Source: Podarcis vaucheri
Taxonomy: Eukaryota
Reading direction: 5' to 3' (one strand)
Length of the DNA: 64,000 bases
Assembly: GCA_965113315.1 (NCBI GenBank)
Contig: OZ220368.1
Part shown: piece by piece, positions 56,761 through 64,000 of the stretch
Layout: every line of letters begins with the position of its first letter
Position numbering within the stretch: the stretch's first letter is position 1
Position numbers and translations under genes: made by a program
Notes under the pieces: generated by a model
Told to the model about the DNA's origin: nothing
Database searches by the model: none
The model's input: the letters and a program-made list of their open reading frames with translations, nothing else

Positions 56761-58415
56761 AAGTTCACATCTGCAACAAATGTCAGAAAGGAGCTTTGCT
56801 GGCTGAAATATCACGTCTTCCATTTGCTGTTGACTTAGTTGTCCTGCTGGCACAAAGTGGTGAGGTAGACTTGGGGCTAGGCAGGCTTATTTATTATTAT
56901 GTACTGGTTGCATTTACATATATCCTGCCCTTCTTCCCAAAGGAGCCCAGAGTGGCAAATCCAGGATGCAGGGTAGCATCAGTGTTAGACAACTTCATGG
57001 TACATAGTCTACTTGGCTATTAGTCATAGTTACTCAAGTTCAAAGGCAGCATACCTTTCGGCCACCAGATATTGTGTTGGAACAACAGTGTACAGGTACC
57101 ACGTCCTGTTTGGAAGCTTCCCAGTGGCACTGGTTAGTGGCATCACTATGGGAAGACATGCTAAACTTGATGTGCTTTCAGCTAATTATAGGCGCTAGTT
57201 TTCTATATCTCCATGGCATGTGTAGCTTTTCTCTGCATGGCACTGTAAAAGGAGCAACAACTCTACTGGGGAAGAGGGGAAACAGTAAAGCAATATTTCT
57301 TTTAATACAGAATGTGAAGAGTAAAGGCTCATCCAGGCTTTGTTTTACACTGCACAGGTCCGTGCCGAAGAGTGAGTTATATTTTCTTCCTTTCCAAATT
57401 ATTTTTATTAATTTTCCAAATTATTACAAATCAAAAAAATCAAATTAATTCCATACAATTTCTTAAAATCAGGTTTCCTGCTCCTGTTCCAAACATATCA
57501 TCACCATCATTTCCTCACATTGTTGCATCATTTCTTAGAGTCCAGCTGACATCCTTCACTTGCTGTTAAACCATTCTTCCAGCCTGCCACTTTTTTTCAC
57601 CTTACAAACAGCACCTCCATTACATCTTATAAATAAGTAATCCATTTCACGTGTGAAGTCCTTCATATCCATTCTCAGCTGAATCAGAGCAAACATCAAT
57701 CTGCAGAATATCTGGTTTTTGTTTGCTCCAATTCATCCATAAGATGTGAGCTTTCCTGGAGAAAGCATTAGGACGAAAAAAGAAAACTGCTTGGACATGG
57801 AGCTTTAAAGCCCAATCCTGTGCCTAGAAAAGTGACACAAACAAAAACTTGGATAAACCCTTAGACTAGACAGAGTAAGTGCAACTATGGGCATACATGA
57901 AACAATAGAGAGAGAAAATAGACAGACATTGTGCCATAACTAGAAGTGATAGACCAGAATTCTGTAGACATCAACACAAAAAAATGTGAAGCAGTACCAT
58001 AGGATCCACATTTAGTATGTGAAATGGAAGCCTCCGTTCCATGTTAACACTGAAGCAGACCTGACAGCACCATGGAAACAGCATCTAGGAGCCAACCTTG
58101 TCTGGCCAAAGGGGCGGATTAAATGTAGTCAAATCCCTCCCCCCCCCCATCTGTGACTCCCACAGGAAGAAATTATGCAAGAAAACAGTGGATGCTAGAG
58201 CTTCTCTTTCCCATTGCATCTCTCTGCCTAGGACATGCTCTTTAATTGAGTGGAGATTATTACAATGATAATAGTAATTATTCAGTGGCCTTGGATCGCC
58301 TCCAATGAAATGTCTTTACCCTCCTGCTTGCAGTGACACACATCACTGCTGAACGCTTTCATGTTTAGTGGTGACTAATCTTGTCTTAAATCCATGGTAT
58401 TACTAGTAGCTAGAG

Positions 58416-58551
58416 CAGTGATTGCCAAACTTGGCCCTCCAGCTGTATTGGGACTACAACTCCCATCATCCCTAGCAAACAGGACTGGTGGTCAGGGATG
58501 ATTGGAATTGTAGTCCCAAAACAGCTGGAGGGACAAGTTTGGCAATCACTG
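58416..58551. mobile_element. hAT-type MITE, 136-bp near-perfect palindrome
   Basis: 58-bp arms with 4 mismatches; 8-bp TSD agctagag/agctaaag. Confidence 0.85.
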
Positions 58552-61435
58552 AGCTAAAGCGTCCCCACTCACAATATATCCATGGCTGCATGGTCACTAC
58601 CTGGCACTTCCTTAAGATTATTATATAAAATAGGCAGCTTTGCTCTGAGGCCAGTTTCTTAATGACACATGTTTGTCCAAGCAAAGGAACAGCCCAGCTA
58701 GATTACAGGGCTTGCAAGGAGGAAAACCAGACATACAGATGGCAAATTGAGTCTCAGATGTACTTACATGTAGTATGAATGCACAGTGGCAGGGAGAAAA
58801 TTGCTAGCCTAAGCTGTTCATCCAGAACAGAACAGAGCAGTAGCAAAAGTATCTGCTAGCCATAAAGTCTAAATTTCAACTTAGCCTTGGAATGGGAAAG
58901 TATTGATGCTCTATTAGTGTGAATGCTAGATTGTGTAACTGAAAAATTACACCTTTGGTGCATCAGAAACCCAAGTTAGTTCTAACTTAGATCAAGCTGA
59001 ACATAATTTGTCCCTTTAAAGTAACAATAATAACAAGTGTCCAAGAATACATTAAGGTCATACTGCCTTCACTTTGGCTGCAATGCAGCATGTCCTGGTT
59101 CCTAGAGGAGAGAAGTCTTCTTCTTTGATGATCTGTCTTCTAATGCATCTCTCCCCCCCCCCCCCCGCCACCCTGGCCAAATGAAAAGCGGGACTGTCAG
59201 GCAGCCAGCTTGGACAGTCCGTTGAACACTGCACTGTTTGTATCTGCACCAACAACTGCAAGAACATATGGAGGGGGCGGCCCTCTTCCCACTGGGAAAA
59301 ACACCAAGACTAACAAGTCTTCCGGCTTCTGAGGGTCGTTGTTTGCAAACTCAGCTTGTTTGGAGCAAAGAAAGACAGGATGAGGGATGAGGGTGGGGGA
59401 AGCAAAAGATGAAGAAGTGAGGAAAAGGGATAGAACAAGGAGTGCAGTGTCCTGTTGTTCAAAAGCCCAGCTAGCCACCACTTAAAACAGGAAGACTTAA
59501 CAAACCCTGGACCCAAACCTGCCAGGTGTTGCATTCCCAGTGAACTGTATAGAGGTGGGGATTAGTCAGGTCTCTGGAATATCACAACTCACTTTTATAA
59601 GCCACACTTGCACTAGTGGAACTCATTAGCACACCAGCACGTGAGTCAATATCCTGCACTTTTAAGCTCCTACTGCAAACGGTTTTAACATGGTGTCCAT
59701 ACCTATTAAGGCCAGTAAGGCAAGTCTATAGGGGTACTTTTTATGACATGCCATGTTCTCAACCACCATTCATTCTACTGCTTGTCTCTGCTCTGCTCTT
59801 TCCTATTAAGACACCATCAAGCTGAAAACCTTAAAACTGAGAAGCAGGTAAGAAGGAAGCAACAGGACTTCAGCAGTCTCTTTGTGATGCAACTCCCTCC
59901 CTTCCATCCATCCATCCATCAATTCATACATTTGTTAATTAATTAAGTAATTAATTAATTATACTGTCTTTCATCCAAAGAACACAGAGCTTTTCGCAAC
60001 ACAAAAATACAAAATGAAAACACAAAATACATCATAAAACAAAGCAGTAAGAATAAAGTAGTTTGAATTGGGCATTCGGGCACCATTGCACTTTCTGGTG
60101 GTTTAGAATGCTATTTACAGCCACCAGACTGGTTCTTGATGTAGGGGTATGGGGTGGAGGGCATCATAAAAGCACTTAAAGCACAAACACTGCTTTAATA
60201 CAAACATGTTACAGGCTAGTTGATTGCTTTGACACAGAGTATCACTAAGACAGCATGCTAAGTGAAAGTTCTGCTGCCCCTCGTTACGCCTCTGATTCTA
60301 GGTTCAGGTTCTGATTCAATAGGAAGCGGCATCAATTTCCAGGTCTAGGAACTGAGAAGTATGATGCTTTGTTTTCTATTTACAAAGAGGCCAAAGGCTA
60401 ACAGGCCATCTCAACAGTGCAAAGTGAACCTTCTGCTGTCATTTTCTCACGCTGATAAGCCCACACAATTTAAACACTAACTGAAAAAAGAATAGACATG
60501 AGCAAACAAAGGTGGACAAGCTTCTCTAGGAAACTCTTTTTGTGCCAGGATGCAGTCCTCCCTATCGGGTTCAACAGCCATGCCATCCCTGACTTAAATG
60601 GAACAAGATTGCAGCCCTTACCAGCTTTTCCAAAAGGCTAGAATTTCCAACAGCTCATCTGGTCTTTTACTTTCATAACATGAATACTTTTTGCTGTCTA
60701 ATTTGGCATTTCACTGTAATTATTATACTTGCATTGCGAGGAGCATTTGTGGTCAGCTGGCTTTCGATACAAGCCAGAGAGTTACCATATTTCCTCCTGA
60801 GGGAGAAAGGGTTGAACTGAGCAAGGTCATTGTTTCGAATAGCAAAGCGAAGCCACTAATTTCTAGGTGTAAAGATCATTTTCTCTATGACACCTGGATG
60901 ACCACATTGGAACGTTATTCACTCTGCTGCTGACTACCTCAGTAGCAAGCAGATGGTAGTAACTGGCTAGAGAATGTCTGAGAGAAGAAAAATGATGATC
61001 AGAAAGGATGATCTAGTCAGCATCCAAGAGCAAAGAAGGAAAGCATGCCAGAGCACACTGCAGACAATTATAGGTTGCTAATGACACGAAAATAAAGGAC
61101 TGTTCATGATGGGGGAAAGGATGTGTATTTACTGTTGGATGCAAAAGAACACCACTAGCAGTCTTTGGGCATTCAGCCTAAGCTAGATCAAAAACTCATG
61201 CACAACTGAAAGAAACAATTGTGATTGCAGGAACAGTTCTATTCAGAAATGCTTTTCTTTAAATGTTAGGATGGGTTCCAATCTTCAACCGGCTCCTGCT
61301 ACAGAGGATACATATAAACTTCTGAGTCTTATAATTGCTCTAAGGAGCCATGTGCATAACCATATGAACCATATTGGGAGCGTTTTCCTGCTGGGTTCTT
61401 CTTACAGAATGAGGTAATTTTGCTATGATATAAAA

Positions 61436-62000
61436 CAGGGGTGGGGAACCTTTTTACTCCACAGGCCAGGCCCTTATCACGATCTGCCTCACAGGCCAAA
61501 CTGGGCAGAACTGTCCACCTGTCAAAATCCTGTTCACTCCTGTTCACTCCACCTGTCAAAATCCTGTTCAGGCGGCTCACAAAATCCTTTACAAGTGTCC
61601 CCCTTTTTAAGATCAGAGTGAAATGGGAGCATAAAGGTGAATTGGGGGGGGGGCACACACGCCAAAACATTTCAAATCACTGAGACCAGGAACTTAGAAG
61701 GGAAGAGGGAGAAGAAAAAACTTTTGCATGACTCCTTCCTCTTCCCTTTTAAACCCCCAATCTTGAATCTACTCTCAACAGCTGATGAATGGAGATTATA
61801 TCCTGCTGCCTAGGCTTTGAGATCCTGTTCTCTACTGGGAACAGGATGGCGCGGCCAATACAGGATTAAACCTAGTCCTCCCACCCCTCAGCTGATGTTA
61901 CAGTAGCATCAGCTGTTAGGTGTGGTTTGGGGGGAAAGCAACCTGGTGGACCAAATCAGACCCCCTGTCAACATGCAGGGCCAGTGGTACCCCACCCCTA
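61436..62000. mobile_element. Non-autonomous hAT-like DNA transposon
   Basis: TIRs caggggtggggaacc / ggtaccccacccct; imperfect 8-bp flanks atataaaa/ataaaaac. Confidence 0.6.
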
Positions 62001-63289
62001 ATAAAAACTTTCAGCTCAGCTTCAGTGCTTCCACTGGCTAAAGGAAAGGAAAGCCATACATCATCCACAGCAGCTGAAAGCATTCAGAGTGGGGTGACAT
62101 CTCATCTCTTTAAGGGGCTGAAATTCATTAGGGCTTGCAGTAGTTACGTCTGGCCCTAGGCCACGAATAGCTGTGGTTTGCGCTTAAAACTCCATCTAAA
62201 TCATCTCTTTGATGCTCCTGAACACTGCAACATTGAGGGAATTTTGTTTTAAGCATCACATCAAATTCGGGAGGGTTGCTTATGAGACACTGAAACAAGG
62301 AGCAACAAGAGGTTTGGCAGAGTGCAAGAGAGAAGAAGTCCTCCCAAAAAAAGATCCCAAAGACAGAGGGGCCACGAGCACAAAATTATTTTGGCAGCTC
62401 AGGGTAGAGCATAAACTCCTCCCCCTCTTTCCCTCTCTCCCACCCACTCTCTCCATTTCCCTGCTTGCATCCTTCCCTTGACCTCACAATCACTCGGAGT
62501 GAGGGGGAGTCAGCCGTCTGCCTCATTACATGTCTGTGGTTTGAAGCCATTCTGAGTAAGCCAAGCTAATCTAGCCAGCAAATCCCATGGCGGCAAGGGG
62601 AAGGGGAACCCTATGGAAAGAAGCGTTTGTGGGTGAGAGCAAGAAAGGGGAGGCTGCAGTTCTCAGGAAAAAAAAGAGAATTAATTTGGCAGGATCCCAG
62701 AGAGATCAGGCTCCTTACAGCAGAAAGAGGTTGGTGCAGACAGAGCAAACTGTTAGGGTCCTTCACCAAGCCTTTCCAACTGCTGGAATATTTTATCAAT
62801 GTTCGGCATAAACATATTGGATTAGATACGATACTTTTCGCTTTTAAAAAATGAAAAAAAAGTTTAGACTTAGATTTAATTAACAGAAAAGGACAAAACA
62901 GACATTACTCAATAGAAAACTGCTGTGGTTGGGAAGAGGCGCATGCACACAAACTCACAAGGCATTGATTTCTGGGTGGTTGGATACATTTTATCAATAT
63001 GACCATCTATTGGACTTTTGCATAACTCCCATGTTCTTAGCCATCAGGCCAAGTGGGTGGGAAAGGGATAGTCAGAGGCATCACATTTTATTTAATATGA
63101 CCAGAAGGATAATTTTTTTCTTGCTTTGAGTGAATCCAGATGGCTCAAGAATTAGAAAAGGCAAGACCTTATATGCGGCCCTGAATGTCTCCCTATGCTG
63201 ATTCTGTTATGCTATTCTCATGGCGGGACACATTATCATACAAACTTATCTGTTTAAAACAGATCAAATCTGGTTTTGATTTAATTTTC

Positions 63290-63660
63290 AAAAGAAAAAA
63301 CCCTATAGCTTACCGTTCAGCATTTCTAGTACTCCAAGGCCAGCTAACAATTAATAACAACTAGTTAAAAGCAATAAACAAAACTTACCAAAACAACAAA
63401 TGAAATGTATCAGACAAGCAGAGTCAATAAAAGAAAGGCAACAACAGACTAAATCTACTCAAATTATACATATATTTAATGCCTGGAGAAATTAAAATTC
63501 AGCACGAGGTGAAGGACAAGACAAGTATGCATCAGGCAAGTCTTCCTGGGAAAAGAAGCCCCAAAGTTGGGGTGCCACAACATAGAAGGCCCCTTCTGCA
63601 GATGCCATGCACATCACCTCATAAGCCAGTGCCACCCACACACCTATTCAAAGGTGATGT
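63290..63660 (-). mobile_element. Degenerate L2-type 3' fragment
   Basis: caggcaagtcttcctgggaaaag...ggggtgccacaacatagaaggcccc plus an A-rich 3' UTR complement. Confidence 0.45.
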
Positions 63661-64000
63661 CAGTCAGTGTTAGAAATGGAGGTATGAAAGCCAGGAGCTA
63701 AACGGCACCTTAAACCCAGGTTATGGGAGCAACAACGGAATGTCTAGACGCACTTTTTTTATAACAAGAATACAAAGCAGAAAATGAATGAACTGCAGTT
63801 AAAATATTATGCTCATTTTTTTACATGGCCTACTCCTTCCCCTGCCCACCTTCTTAATATTCTTTAGAGGGTCTCTTCTCCAATCTTCAGAGAGTAGCTG
63901 GAAGTGGGGAGGCAGAAAAAGGTCCTTTCCTTCCACTCTGCAGTTTTAATCTGAAATCTTAGGCACAGCACTGCACCCAGAGCTCAGAAATTGCTCGCGC

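Noticed and set aside
59064-59091. Possible alternative first exon MLHCSQSEG with gtatga donor
   Set aside because: Ends in phase 1, incompatible with the phase-2 acceptor at 48904; similarity to the recalled mammalian short-isoform start is limited to MLH
1-64000. CRISPR arrays, operons, rRNA or other prokaryotic/viral systems
   Set aside because: No regularly spaced direct repeats or long intronless ORFs; the sequence is intron-rich vertebrate DNA

Overview
Vertebrate genomic DNA, most likely from a lacertid lizard (inferred from Sauria/Squam1, Squam3 and tRNA-Lys-derived SINEs plus CR1/L2 LINE fragments). The window is dominated by the 3' part of NAV1 (neuron navigator 1) on the minus strand. 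I traced 27 GT-AG coding exons from 48904 to the TAA stop at 19243-19245; they splice into one continuous frame of 4384 nt (about 1460 aa). They cover the Ser/Pro-rich SxIP region, the coiled coils and the C-terminal AAA+ domain, and include 9-nt and 24-nt microexons. The 5' exons lie beyond position 64000. A probable very long 3' UTR with tandem poly(A) sites runs to about 7040. The most notable unexplained structures are: (i) two ~98% identical young Sauria SINEs in inverted orientation bracketing five exons whose back-spliced circle (1626 nt) would be a stop-free endless ORF; (ii) a candidate stop-containing poison microexon next to the VYE microexon; (iii) an 88-nt candidate alternative exon with the same phases as the 139-nt exon; (iv) an L1-like insertion 14 nt into an intron that supplies a sense poly(A) signal; and (v) a coding-like plus-strand exon at 3661-3748 from an unidentified convergent transcript. 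No prokaryotic-type systems are present. All non-NAV1 functional claims are inferences from sequence only.
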